Assembly: GCA_036273335.1 (NCBI GenBank)
Contig: DASUHT010000060.1
Location: 1 to 59,701 of the forward strand
Source: Gaiellales bacterium
Lineage (GTDB): Bacteria; Actinomycetota; Thermoleophilia; Gaiellales; JAICJC01
DNA: 59,701 nucleotides
Direction of reading: 5' to 3'
How positions within the stretch are numbered: position 1 is the first letter of the stretch; the number at the start of each line of letters is the position of its first letter. Positions 45,301 through 55,564 of the stretch are shown here, in pieces. Made by a program: the position numbers and the translations under genes. Under the pieces are notes generated by a model, which saw only the letters and a list, made by a program, of their open reading frames with translations, searched no databases and had not been told where the DNA came from.

Positions 45301-46496
45301 TGGATCAGGTGCTGCTCGATCGCTATGCCGACCTGATCGTCCGCTTCGGGGCCAACGTCCAGCCCGGCCAGGAGGTGCGCCTGCTTTCGACCGTGGGCAA
45401 GCAGGAGCTGACGAGGGCGATCGCCACCCGCCTCTATCAGGTGGGGGCGGTCTTCGTCAGTGTGCGCTACGACGATCCCCACTTCGACCGGGCCAGACTC
45501 GATTTCGCGGTGGATGAGGCACTCAGCTTCGAGCCGGAGTGGATCGTCCAGATGATCCGCGACCACGGCACCGGCCACGGGGCGACCATCGCGCTCTCGG
45601 GCAACCCCTGGCCAGGCCTGCTCGAGGGCGTCGACCCGGAGCGGATCGCCCGTGACCACACGCCGGGCCGAAAGGAGCTGCGCGACAACCTGGCCAAGGC
45701 GCGGAACAACTGGACGCTGGCGCCGGCGCCGACCGAGGGGTGGGCGATGGTGGTGCACCCCGACCTGGAACCGGCCGATGCGCTTGCCCGTCTGTGGGAG
45801 CAGGTCATCCACATGTGCCGGCTGGACGAGGAGGATCCGGTGGCCGCCTGGGAAGCCCGGATCGAGGAGCTGAACCGGGTCAAGGCGACGCTGGAGGGGC
45901 TGCGGCTGGACTCGCTGCACTTCGACGGGCCGGGCACCGACCTGACGATCGGCCTGTTCCCGGGATCGCTCTGGCACGGCGGATTCCTGACCACCGAGAC
46001 GGGTCTCGTCCACCATCCCAACCTGCCCACCGAGGAGGTGTTCACGACGCCCGACCCGGAACGCACCGAGGGGGTCATCCGGGGCTCCCGGCCGCGCGAG
46101 CTCGAGGGGAGCATCATCCGCGACTTCACGCTGCGCTTCGAGGGCGGCCGGTTGACCGGGGTGGAGGCGGCGGGTGGCGGTGAGGCGCTCGCGGCATGGA
46201 GCCGTCGCGACGACGGCGCCGCCCGTCTGGGCGAGGTGGCACTGGTCGACTCGAGCGGCCGCGTGGGGCCGCTCGACACGATCTTCTACGACACGCTGAT
46301 CGACGAGAACGCGGCCAGCCACATCGCGATCGGGCAGGGCTTTGACTGGGCGGTCGGGGAGGAGGAGCGGCCGCGCATCAACCGCAGTGAGGTGCATGTC
46401 GACCTGATGGTCGGACGGCCCGAGATGACGGTCACCGGGATCACTGCCGACGGCTCCGAAATGCCGTTGCTCGTAGGCGGAAAGTGGCAGTTCTAG
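45300..46496 (+). CDS. M29 family aminopeptidase, paralog 2
   Basis: Collinear with paralog 1 and roughly half-identical by eye ('NLPTEEVFTTPDP', 'FYDTLIDENAASHIAIG'). TGATG overlap with the upstream gene. Confidence 0.85.
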   Translation: MDQVLLDRYADLIVRFGANVQPGQEVRLLSTVGKQELTRAIATRLYQVGAVFVSVRYDDPHFDRARLDFAVDEALSFEPEWIVQMIRDHGTGHGATIALSGNPWPGLLEGVDPERIARDHTPGRKELRDNLAKARNNWTLAPAPTEGWAMVVHPDLEPADALARLWEQVIHMCRLDEEDPVAAWEARIEELNRVKATLEGLRLDSLHFDGPGTDLTIGLFPGSLWHGGFLTTETGLVHHPNLPTEEVFTTPDPERTEGVIRGSRPRELEGSIIRDFTLRFEGGRLTGVEAAGGGEALAAWSRRDDGAARLGEVALVDSSGRVGPLDTIFYDTLIDENAASHIAIGQGFDWAVGEEERPRINRSEVHVDLMVGRPEMTVTGITADGSEMPLLVGGKWQF

Positions 46497-46768
46497 TGCA
46501 GGGGTGGGCTATTCCACTCTGGTCGTGCGCGCCGTCACCGGTGGGCTGTACTCCGAAGTGGCGGCTGGCGATTCTGTACCGGAGGTTCTCGCCATCGGAG
46601 GTTGGCTGCACTCCACGGTGGCGGCTGGGGGGAGCCAGGCCTGTAACGACCGGTCGCTGACTGTACTCCCCGGTGGTAACTCCTTACAGACCTGGCACCC
46701 GGGGACGGCGGTTTGCTGGTGGCCCTCGCGTATTCACGCCGCTTCGCGGCGTGCGATACGCCTCGTAG
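46497..46768. other. Unannotated repeat-rich convergent intergenic region (candidate sRNA or decayed repeat array)
   Basis: Two 29-nt units (46540..46568 and 46600..46628) are 24/29 identical. CTG[T/C]ACTCC-N2-3-GGTGG recurs at 46546, 46606 and 46661. G+C is lower here. Confidence 0.4.
46728..46761 (-). terminator. Strong hairpin 8 nt downstream of the CBS gene stop (U-tract-less terminator candidate)
   Basis: gcgtat-t-cacgccgc-ttc-gcggcgtg-cg-atacgc gives 14 bp in total. Confidence 0.45.
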
Positions 46769-47230
46769 CTAGGCTGCTCCTGTGCGCATGCGGTGGATGG
46801 TCGCGATGACCTCTGCCGGGTCGAGGTCGTCATGCTCGCCGAAGCCGCCGCCGCGCAGGCGCAGCGACGTATAGGCCATCAGGTCGCGCATCGAGACGAG
46901 GCCGATCACGTGGCCGTCGTCGTTCACCACCGGCAGGTGCCGGAAGCGGCCGTCCACCATCAGCGCCATCGCCTCCGCCAGGTCGGTGGTGGGGGCGGCG
47001 ACCAGCACGTGGCGGGTCATCCGCTCCTCGACCGCAATATCGCGGTCGATCCCCTCGCTGAAGCAGCGGAGCAGGTCGCGCTCGGTGATCACGCCGACCA
47101 GCTCATCGTCCGCGTTGAGGACGACGGCGGCGCCTGTTTCGGCATCCACCATCCGGTGGGCGGCATCGCCGATGCAGACATCGGGCGCCACCGAGACGAT
47201 GTCGGTGGACATGACGTCGGTCAGCTGCAT
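46769..47230 (-). CDS. CBS-pair domain protein
   Basis: 'VMSTDIVSVAPDVCIGDAAHRM...VGVITERDLL' and 'RHLPVVNDDGHVIGLVSMRDL' are two CBS motifs. Confidence 0.85.
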   Translation of the reverse strand: MQLTDVMSTDIVSVAPDVCIGDAAHRMVDAETGAAVVLNADDELVGVITERDLLRCFSEGIDRDIAVEERMTRHVLVAAPTTDLAEAMALMVDGRFRHLPVVNDDGHVIGLVSMRDLMAYTSLRLRGGGFGEHDDLDPAEVIATIHRMRTGAA

Positions 47231-47258
47231 CAGGTCAACTGTACAGGGGGTCGTGGGC

Positions 47259-48536
<1,278 letters not shown>

Positions 48537-48538
48537 GG

Positions 48539-49531
48539 CTAGAGGACGCCGCACTCCGCGAGCAGGTTGCGCGCCGCCGCCTCGATCTTCGACTCCAGCG
48601 GCAGCGCCGCCCGCTCCAGCGGCTTGGAATAGGGCATCGGCACCTCGGCCGAGCCGACCCGCTCGACCGGCGCGTCGAGGTCGTCGAAACACACGCGGGA
48701 GATGCGGGCGGCGAGCTCGGCGCCGACGCCGAAGGTCGACCAGCCCTCCTCGGCGACTACTACGCGGTTGGTCTTGCGCACCGACTCGGCGACCGTGTCG
48801 ACGTCCAGCGGCCGCAGCGAGCGGAGGTCGACGACCTCGGCTGCGACGCCGTCCTGAGCCAGCCGGTCGGCCACCCGGAGCGCCCGCTGAACGGCGTAGG
48901 AATGGGCGACCAGGGTCAGGTCAGTGCCCTCGCGGATGACCTGGGCGCGCCCGAACGGCACCGTGTAGCCGGGATCGTCGGGGATCGACCCGGTGACGTT
49001 GTACATGATCAGGTTCTCGCAGAAGAGGACCGGGTCGTCGTCGCGGATGGCGGTCTTCAGCATGCCGTAGGCGTCGGCCGGGGTGGCTGGTGCGACGACC
49101 TTCAGCCCCGGGCAGCCGGCGAACCAGCCCTCCAGGCTCTGCGAGTGCTGGGCGGTCAGCTGGGCGCCGGCGCCGCCGGGCGCCCGGATCACCATCGGCA
49201 CGCCGACGGTGCCGCCGAACATGTAGCGGATCTTGGCCGCGTGGTTGATGACCTGGTCCATGGCGACCAGGATGAAGTTGATCGTCATCACCTCGACCAC
49301 CGGCCGCAGCCCCATCATGGCGGCGCCGATGCCGGCGCCCAGGAAGCCCTCCTCGGAGATCGGCGTCTCCCGCACGCGGGTCGGGCCGTACTTGTCCCAC
49401 AGCCCGGCGGTCACCTTGTAGGAGCCCTCGAAGCGGCCGATCTCCTCGCCCATCAGGAAGACCGACTCGTCCCGGCCGAGCTCCTCGTCGAGCGCCCGCC
49501 GAAGCGCCTCGCGGTAGGTCACGTCGGCCAC
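48539..49531 (-). CDS. 2-oxoacid dehydrogenase E1 component beta subunit
   Basis: 'VFLMGEEIG...GSYKVT..L...GP.RV.ETPISE' is the transketolase-like pattern. GTG start. Confidence 0.9.
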   Translation of the reverse strand: MADVTYREALRRALDEELGRDESVFLMGEEIGRFEGSYKVTAGLWDKYGPTRVRETPISEEGFLGAGIGAAMMGLRPVVEVMTINFILVAMDQVINHAAKIRYMFGGTVGVPMVIRAPGGAGAQLTAQHSQSLEGWFAGCPGLKVVAPATPADAYGMLKTAIRDDDPVLFCENLIMYNVTGSIPDDPGYTVPFGRAQVIREGTDLTLVAHSYAVQRALRVADRLAQDGVAAEVVDLRSLRPLDVDTVAESVRKTNRVVVAEEGWSTFGVGAELAARISRVCFDDLDAPVERVGSAEVPMPYSKPLERAALPLESKIEAAARNLLAECGVL

Positions 49532-50595
49532 GACGGCTCCTCGCCACGCTCCCCGAACGGGGCGCCGGCGCGCATGCGGGAGAACTGCTCGCCGGTGTCC
49601 GGGTCACCGTAGAGGTGGTCGTAGAGCGATTCGCGGGACGGGGCGGCGGATGCCAGCGCCTGGTCGATGGCATCATTTACCTCCGACGCCACCTCCTGCC
49701 AGACCGTCTCGATCTCGGCCGCGCCGACCAGCCCCCGCTCGGAGATCAGGAGGCCGAAGCGGGTGATCGGATCGCGCTCGCGCCAGGACAGGATCTCCTC
49801 CTTGGTGCGGTACGCCTTGCCGGCGTCGGCGACGGAGTGCCCGCGGTAGCGGTAGGTGATCGTCTCCAGCAACGACGGCTGGTGGTCGTGGCGGGCCTGC
49901 TCGAGCAGCCGCGTGGCCGCCTCGCGGACGGCCAGGACATCGTTCCCGTCAACCCGCTCGCCGTGCATCCGGTAGGCGGCCGCGCGCTTCCAGAGCTCCG
50001 GCTCGGCGCTCGACTGCTCGACCGAGGTGCCCATCCCGTACAGGTTGTTGATCACGTGAAAGACGATCGGCAGGTGCCAGACCGCCGCCAGGTTCATCGC
50101 CTCGTGGAAGGCGCCGGTGGCGACCGCACCGTCGCCGAACTGGCAGAGCACGGCGTTCGGGCGTCCGGTCTGGTCGAGCGCCAGGGCGGCGCCGGCGGCG
50201 ATCGGCAGGTGGGCGCCGACGATGCCCCAGCCGCCGAAGAAGCGGCGCTCGACGTCCAGCAGGTGCATCGACCCGCCGCGGCCGTGGGCGACCCCGGTCT
50301 CCTTGCCGAAGAGCTCCGCCATCACCGCGGCCGCAGGGCTTCCGATCGCCAGCGCGGTCGCGTGGTCGCGATAGGAGGCGAACAGGCAGTCGCCGTCGGC
50401 CAGCGCGTCGATGGCGCCGACCGAGGACGCCTCCTCGCCGATCGCCAGGTGGCAGTAGCCGCCGATCCGGGCGCGCGTGTACTGCTCCTCGGTGCGCTCC
50501 TCGAAGCGGCGAATCAGTGCCATCTGCTTGAACAGCCGCCTGGCCGTGGCGGCGTCCAGCCCGACGGCGAGATCGGTCTCGGCGGGACTTCCCAT
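49519..50595 (-). CDS. 2-oxoacid dehydrogenase E1 component alpha subunit (TPP-dependent)
   Basis: 'GGSMHL...FGDGAVATGAFHEAMNLAAVWHLPIVF' is the TPP-binding motif. The ATG at 50595 is preferred (alternative TTG at 50616). Confidence 0.9.
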   Translation of the reverse strand: MGSPAETDLAVGLDAATARRLFKQMALIRRFEERTEEQYTRARIGGYCHLAIGEEASSVGAIDALADGDCLFASYRDHATALAIGSPAAAVMAELFGKETGVAHGRGGSMHLLDVERRFFGGWGIVGAHLPIAAGAALALDQTGRPNAVLCQFGDGAVATGAFHEAMNLAAVWHLPIVFHVINNLYGMGTSVEQSSAEPELWKRAAAYRMHGERVDGNDVLAVREAATRLLEQARHDHQPSLLETITYRYRGHSVADAGKAYRTKEEILSWRERDPITRFGLLISERGLVGAAEIETVWQEVASEVNDAIDQALASAAPSRESLYDHLYGDPDTGEQFSRMRAGAPFGERGEEPSWPT

Positions 50596-50654
50596 CAGCG
50601 GGAACTGTATCGGCAACGCTCCCCGGATGATTGACCGCGGATAGGCTTCCGGCC

Positions 50655-50909
50655 ATGGCCGAAGCGGTGACGATTCCCAGCCTGGGCGAGGAGATGCGCT
50701 CGGCGATCCTGATCCGGTTTCTGGTCGAGCCGGGCGCCCAGGTGCAGCGCGGCGACCCGCTCTACGAGCTGGATACCGACAAGGTGACCCAGGAGGTCGA
50801 AGCGGAGGCCGACGGTGTGCTCCTGGAGGTCGTCGGCAGGGACGGCGAGGAGTACGCGGTGGGGGCCACCATCGCCTGGATCGGGCAGCCGGGCGAGCCT
50901 GCCGGCTGA
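50655..50909 (+). CDS. Stand-alone lipoyl/biotinyl-attachment domain protein (84 aa)
   Basis: 'PLYELDTDKVTQEVEAEADGVLLEV' carries the attachment lysine in a DK motif. Good codon bias. It lies 62 nt upstream of lpd. Confidence 0.7.
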   Translation: MAEAVTIPSLGEEMRSAILIRFLVEPGAQVQRGDPLYELDTDKVTQEVEAEADGVLLEVVGRDGEEYAVGATIAWIGQPGEPAG

Positions 50910-50971
50910 GCTCGAGCCCGGCGGAGATAGGATGCGGCCGGATTCCCCGACCGCGAGGAGCTGAGATTTCG

Positions 50972-52390
50972 ATGGAGTGCGACGTCGCCGTCCTGGGCGG
51001 CGGACCGGGCGGTTACCCGGCCGCGATCCGGGCCGCCCAGCTGGGCGCAAACGTGGTGCTGGTCGAGCAGGCCCGTGTCGGCGGCACCTGCATCACCGTC
51101 GGCTGCATCCCGACCAAGGTGTGGGTGCAGACGGCGCACGGGCTGAAGGATGTGCAGGAGTTGCTGCCCCAGCTGGGCGTGCGGGTGTCCGGGGCGTCGC
51201 TCGACTTCGCCCAGACACAGACCCAGAAGGAGACGATCGTGAACGGCCTGGTGGCAGGGATCACGGGCGTCGTCAAGGCCAACGGGATAACAATCGTGCA
51301 GGGCCGGGGGCGCTTTTCGGGCCCGAACACGATCGCCGTCGAGGGGGCCGACGAGATCCGCTTCGAGCACGCGGTGATCGCCACCGGCAGCCACTCAATG
51401 CGCCCGCCGGTGGACGGGATCGACGGCCCTCGCTGCGTCGACTCGACGGGTCTGCTCGACGTCACGGAGGTGCCAGAGCGGCTGCTCGTCCTGGGCGGCG
51501 GGGTGGTCGGCGTCGAGTTCGCGTCGATCATGCGCCACTTCGGCGTCGAGGTAACGATCGTGGAGATGCTCGACCGGCTGATCCCGATGGAGGACGCAGA
51601 TGCCTCCAAGGAGCTCGAGCGCGCCTTCAAGAAGCGCGGGATCACCATGCACCTGGGTGCCCGGGCGACGGCCATCGTGGACGGGCCGGAGGGGGCTGTG
51701 CTGACCTTCGAGGACAACTCCGGGAAGGGCGGCGAGGTGAACGCCGATCTGGTGCTGGTGGCGACCGGTCGCGGGCCGAACGTGAACGACCTCGGCCTCG
51801 AGCAGGCCGGGGTCGCATTCGACCCACGGGCCGGCGCAACGGTCGATCGGCACATGCGCACGAGCGTCCCGCACATCTATGCGGTGGGTGACGTGGCAGG
51901 CCGCTTCCAGCTCGCTCATACGTCATTCCGGGAGGGTGAGGTGGCGGCCGAGAACGCGCTTGGCCACGAGGTCGAGATCGATTACTCGGCGGTGCCACGG
52001 TGCGTCTACACCGATCCCGAGGTGGCCGCGGTGGGGCTGACCGAGCAGGAGGCCCGCGAGCGCTACGAGGAGGTCGCCGTCGGCAGATCCCCGTTCGCGG
52101 CGTCGGCACGGGCGCAGATGTACGGCGAGAAGTCGGGCTGGGTGAAGACGATTCACGAGACCCGCTACGGCGAGCTGCTGGGGCTCGTCGTGGTCGGCGT
52201 CCAGGCGACCGAGCTGGTCGAGGCGGGAGTGATTGGCATCACCGCCGAGGCGACCATCGAGACGCTGGCCGACTCGATCACCGCCCATCCGACCCTCGCC
52301 GAGGGGGTCAAGGAGGCGGCGCTGGTGGCTCTGGGCAGGCCGATCCATCTGCCGCCGCCACGCAAACCCAAGGTCGCGTCGCCCGCCTGA
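50972..52390 (+). CDS. lpdA: Dihydrolipoyl dehydrogenase (E3)
   Basis: 'VLGGGPGGYPAAIRAAQLG' (FAD), 'GGTCITVGCIPTK' (redox disulfide), and C-terminal 'HPTLAE'. Confidence 0.93.
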   Translation: MECDVAVLGGGPGGYPAAIRAAQLGANVVLVEQARVGGTCITVGCIPTKVWVQTAHGLKDVQELLPQLGVRVSGASLDFAQTQTQKETIVNGLVAGITGVVKANGITIVQGRGRFSGPNTIAVEGADEIRFEHAVIATGSHSMRPPVDGIDGPRCVDSTGLLDVTEVPERLLVLGGGVVGVEFASIMRHFGVEVTIVEMLDRLIPMEDADASKELERAFKKRGITMHLGARATAIVDGPEGAVLTFEDNSGKGGEVNADLVLVATGRGPNVNDLGLEQAGVAFDPRAGATVDRHMRTSVPHIYAVGDVAGRFQLAHTSFREGEVAAENALGHEVEIDYSAVPRCVYTDPEVAAVGLTEQEARERYEEVAVGRSPFAASARAQMYGEKSGWVKTIHETRYGELLGLVVVGVQATELVEAGVIGITAEATIETLADSITAHPTLAEGVKEAALVALGRPIHLPPPRKPKVASPA

Positions 52391-54081
52391 TGGGGGTGCG
52401 CGCCTCCGGGTATCTGCTGCCCACACTGAAGGACGACCCCGCCGACGCCGAGGCGATCAGCCACCGGCTGCTCGTCCGCGGCGGCTTCGTGCGCATCCTT
52501 GGCTCCGGCCTCTACACCTACCTGCCGCTGGGCTGGCGGGTGATGCAGCGGATCGCCGCGATCCTCCGCGAGGAGATGGACACGATCGCGATGGAGGTGT
52601 CGATGCCGGTGCTACAGCCGGCATCGCTGTGGCAGGAGACCGGCCGCGACGGAATCCCCGAGCTGTTCAAGCTGGAGGACAACTCGGGCAAGCGCTACGT
52701 GCTCGCGATGACCCACGAGGAGGCGTTCACCTACCACGCCGCCCGCGAGATCCGCTCCTACCGCGAGCTGCCCCAGATCTGGTACCAGATCCAGATCAAG
52801 GAACGCGACGAGCCGCGGCCCAGGTCCGGCATCTTGCGCACGCGCGAGTTCCTGATGAAGGACGCGTACAGCTTCGACCGCGACGAGGACGGCTTGGACG
52901 CCTCCTATCGGCGGCACATCGACGTGTACAGGCGGATCTTCGAGCGCTGTGGCCTGCAGTTCTGGATGGTCGAGTCGGACACCGGCATGATGGGCGGCCT
53001 GGGCGCGCACGAGTTCATGGCTCCCAGCCCCTCCGGCGAGGACCGGCTCGTGCTCTGCTCGAACTGCGACTACGCGGCCAACCTGGAGGTCGCCCGGTCG
53101 ATCCCGCGGCCGCCTCAGTTCCCGGAGCCGCTGGACGAGCCGCGCGAGGTGCCGACGCCGGGCGCGACGACGATCGAGGGTCTGGCCGAGATGCTCGGCG
53201 TCGATCCCGCCGCGACCGCCAAGGCGATGCCGGTGGTGGCCGAAGGCGAGGTCGTGCTGGCGCTGGTGCGCGGCGATCAACGCCTGCACGAAATGAAGAC
53301 GCGGAAGGCGCTTCAGACCGAGTTTCGGCCGGCAACGCCAGAGGAGATCCGCGAGTCGTTCGGCGCCGATCCGGGGTCGATCGGTCCGGTCGGCGGCCGG
53401 CCGGCACGGGTCATCGCCGACGACAGCCTGCGCGACGGGCAGTTCGTCTCCGGTGCCAACCGCACCGGCTACCACCTGCTCGGGGTGCAGGCGGGGCGTG
53501 ACTTCAAGGCCGAGTTCCACGACCTTCGCGAGGTGACGGACGGCGAGCACTGCCCGGAGTGTCAGACGGGGACGCTACGCGTGGAGCGGGCCATCGAGGT
53601 GGGCAACATCTTCAAGCTGGGCACGAAGTACTCGGAGCCGCTGCGGGCGACGTACCTCGACGAGGGCGGCAACGAGCACCCGATCGTCATGGGCAGCTAC
53701 GGGATCGGCCTGGCCCGCATCATGGCCGCAGCGGTGGAGCAGAGCCATGACGAGCACGGGATCGTGTGGCCGGCGTCGATCGCCCCCTTCGACGCGCATA
53801 TGGTCGTCATCGGCGGCGGCGGGGATCCCCAGGTCGAGACCGCCGTGGCGATCGAGCATGAACTCGACGCAGACGGGGTATGCGTCCTTGTAGACGATCG
53901 TGATGCTGGTCCCGGAGCCCGTTTTGCCGACGCGGAGCTGATCGGGGCTCCGGCCAGGATCACGGTCGGCAAGCGAACAGCAGCAGACAGCACCGTCGAC
54001 GTGCAGACCCGTCGCGGAAGGACGCAGGAAACGGTTCCGGTGAGCGGGGTTGCGGCGGCGGTACGTAAGGTGCTCGAGTGA
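52390..54081 (+). CDS. proS: Proline--tRNA ligase (bacterial type with insertion domain)
   Basis: 'LLPTLKDDPADAEAISHRLLVRGGFVR...' is the typical ProRS N-terminus, with class II motifs. TGATG overlap with lpd. Confidence 0.93.
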   Translation: MGVRASGYLLPTLKDDPADAEAISHRLLVRGGFVRILGSGLYTYLPLGWRVMQRIAAILREEMDTIAMEVSMPVLQPASLWQETGRDGIPELFKLEDNSGKRYVLAMTHEEAFTYHAAREIRSYRELPQIWYQIQIKERDEPRPRSGILRTREFLMKDAYSFDRDEDGLDASYRRHIDVYRRIFERCGLQFWMVESDTGMMGGLGAHEFMAPSPSGEDRLVLCSNCDYAANLEVARSIPRPPQFPEPLDEPREVPTPGATTIEGLAEMLGVDPAATAKAMPVVAEGEVVLALVRGDQRLHEMKTRKALQTEFRPATPEEIRESFGADPGSIGPVGGRPARVIADDSLRDGQFVSGANRTGYHLLGVQAGRDFKAEFHDLREVTDGEHCPECQTGTLRVERAIEVGNIFKLGTKYSEPLRATYLDEGGNEHPIVMGSYGIGLARIMAAAVEQSHDEHGIVWPASIAPFDAHMVVIGGGGDPQVETAVAIEHELDADGVCVLVDDRDAGPGARFADAELIGAPARITVGKRTAADSTVDVQTRRGRTQETVPVSGVAAAVRKVLE

Positions 54082-54094
54082 GGAGGAACGCGAG

Positions 54095-54400
54095 ATGGCG
54101 AAGAACAATTCGAAGGGTGAGAGCCTCCGTTTCGACCCTGGCCTGGAGGCGCTGATGCACGAGTCGGGAGTGTCCTATCGCGGCCTGGCCGACAAGACGG
54201 GCCTCTCGGCGGGGTATCTGAATCACCTTGCCCACGGCAACCGGCCGGTTCCCTCGGACGAGGTGATCCAGCGGATCGCCAAGGCACTCGGCGTCAAGCC
54301 CGACCGCTTCCTCGAGTACCGCGTCCGCCGCGTTGCCGATGTGCTGCAGCGAAAGCCGGAAGTGGCGGACCGGGTCTACAAGGACCTGGTCAAGCGCTAG
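54095..54400 (+). CDS. XRE-family helix-turn-helix protein
   Basis: 'SYRGLADKTGLSAGYLNHLAHGNRPV' is the HTH. GAGGAGGA RBS before the ATG at 54095. Confidence 0.75.
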   Translation: MAKNNSKGESLRFDPGLEALMHESGVSYRGLADKTGLSAGYLNHLAHGNRPVPSDEVIQRIAKALGVKPDRFLEYRVRRVADVLQRKPEVADRVYKDLVKR

Positions 54401-54405
54401 TCGGT

Positions 54406-54924
54406 CTAGCGGCGGGGCACGAGCCGGACGCGGACCTTCGGCCCGGGGCCTGGGTGGCGCTCGGCGGCCGCCAGCTGCGCGGCAACCTGATTCAGCTTGC
54501 GTGCGGCGACCGCGGCGACGATCCGCTTGCCGTGGAGCGCGAGGTAGCTCCCGTGCGCCGGCGTCACTCCCGCCAGCTGGAGGATGCGTGCCGCGTCGCG
54601 GCTGGCAACCGTGTAGACCCTTAGCGCGTTGGGCGCGTACGCCGCGCCTAGCACGTCGCGTGTCGGCGCGGCGCCCGAGGCGGCGCTCGAGTTTGCCTCG
54701 CTGCTCGAGCTGCCGCCGCCGCCCAGCTGGGAGATGGCGAAGCCACCGGCGGCGATCGCCGCCGCCGCGGTCGCCCAGGCGGCCACCGGGCGCCAGCGCG
54801 GCCATGACCGCCGCCGCGGCCGCGGCTCCCGCGCCACCTGGCGCATGACTTCGGGTGCCAGGTCGGGCGGCGCCTGCGCCATCCCCTCCTCGCGCAGCCG
54901 GCGGGCGATCTCGTCCGGACTCAT
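54406..54924 (-). CDS. Putative single-pass anti-sigma factor (non-ZAS)
   Basis: Its ATG overlaps the sigma gene stop (ATGA). It has a short cytoplasmic N-terminus, one TM ('VAAWATAAAAIAAGGFAI') and an extracytoplasmic C-domain. There is no HxxxCxxC motif. Confidence 0.6.
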   Translation of the reverse strand: MSPDEIARRLREEGMAQAPPDLAPEVMRQVAREPRPRRRSWPRWRPVAAWATAAAAIAAGGFAISQLGGGGSSSSEANSSAASGAAPTRDVLGAAYAPNALRVYTVASRDAARILQLAGVTPAHGSYLALHGKRIVAAVAARKLNQVAAQLAAAERHPGPGPKVRVRLVPRR

Positions 54925-55508
54925 GTCGTCGCCTCGCTTCCGATCGCCTCGGCCAGCCGCGCGCGGGCTCGGTGCAGTCGGGACTTGACCGTGCCGGCCG
55001 GAAGGTCGAGCAGGGCGCCTGCCTCATCCATCGACATGCCGAGGATGTCGCAGGCGACGGCCACCACCCGGAACTCGAGCTCGAGCGCTGCCAGCGCATC
55101 CAGGAGCTCGCTGCGGATGCCAGGGTCGCTGCCGGGGGCGACGGCCGCGACCTCCTCGACCGGCTCCGGCCGCCGCCGCCGCTGATCGATGGCGTCGTAT
55201 GCCTTGCGGAGAACGATCCGGTGCAGCCAGGTCGAGAACTGGGCGTCGCCGCGGAAGCGCGGCATTCCCCGCCAGGCGGCGATCAGGCCCTCCTGCACGC
55301 AATCGCGGGCGTCCGCGTCGGAGCCGGTCACCCGCAGCGCGAGCGTGTACAGCCGATCCTGGTGGCGGACGACGAGCTCCTCGAAGGCCGCCGTGTCGCC
55401 CCGCGCAGCGCGCGCCGCAAGCGCCTGGTCGGCGATGTCGTGCACGCCCAGATCGTACGCCCCCGGCCGGGCGCGGCCGGGGTGGGGGAGGCTGATCGCA
55501 TGGGTCAT
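54921..55508 (-). CDS. ECF-type RNA polymerase sigma-70 factor
   Basis: Region 2 'AFEELVVRHQDRLYTLALRVTG...DCVQEGLIAAW' and region 4 'MSMDEAGALLDLPAGTVKSRLHRAR'. Start at ATG 55508 (alternative GTG at 55445). Confidence 0.9.
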   Translation of the reverse strand: MTHAISLPHPGRARPGAYDLGVHDIADQALAARAARGDTAAFEELVVRHQDRLYTLALRVTGSDADARDCVQEGLIAAWRGMPRFRGDAQFSTWLHRIVLRKAYDAIDQRRRRPEPVEEVAAVAPGSDPGIRSELLDALAALELEFRVVAVACDILGMSMDEAGALLDLPAGTVKSRLHRARARLAEAIGSEATT

Positions 55509-55518
55509 CTGCACGTTC

Positions 55519-55544
55519 GACGCCGCCGGGCGGCCGAGGGTTCC
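55519..55544 (-). promoter_or_regulatory. ECF-type promoter GGAAC-N17-CGTC upstream of the sigma gene (probable autoregulation)
   Basis: On the minus strand the sequence reads GGAAC cctcggccgcccggcgg CGTC, then 10 nt, then ATG. Confidence 0.5.
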
Positions 55545-55548
55545 GGGA

Positions 55549-55554
55549 TATACT
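55549..55554 (+). promoter_or_regulatory. Candidate -10 box TATACT for tRNA-Pro
   Basis: It ends 10 nt before the mature tRNA 5' end. No clear -35 element. Confidence 0.35.
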
Positions 55555-55564
55555 CGCTGCTTCA

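Noticed and set aside
46540-46628. CRISPR-like geometry (29-nt repeats separated by a 31-nt spacer)
   Set aside because: There are only two good copies and they are 83% identical. The neighbouring copies are irregularly spaced (37 and 55 nt). No cas genes or leader are present.
46504-46809. 101-aa ORF across the repeat region as a repeat-containing peptide (for example a RiPP precursor)
   Set aside because: It has weak third-position G+C bias compared with real genes, no RBS, an overlap with the CBS gene 3' end, and no maturation enzymes nearby.
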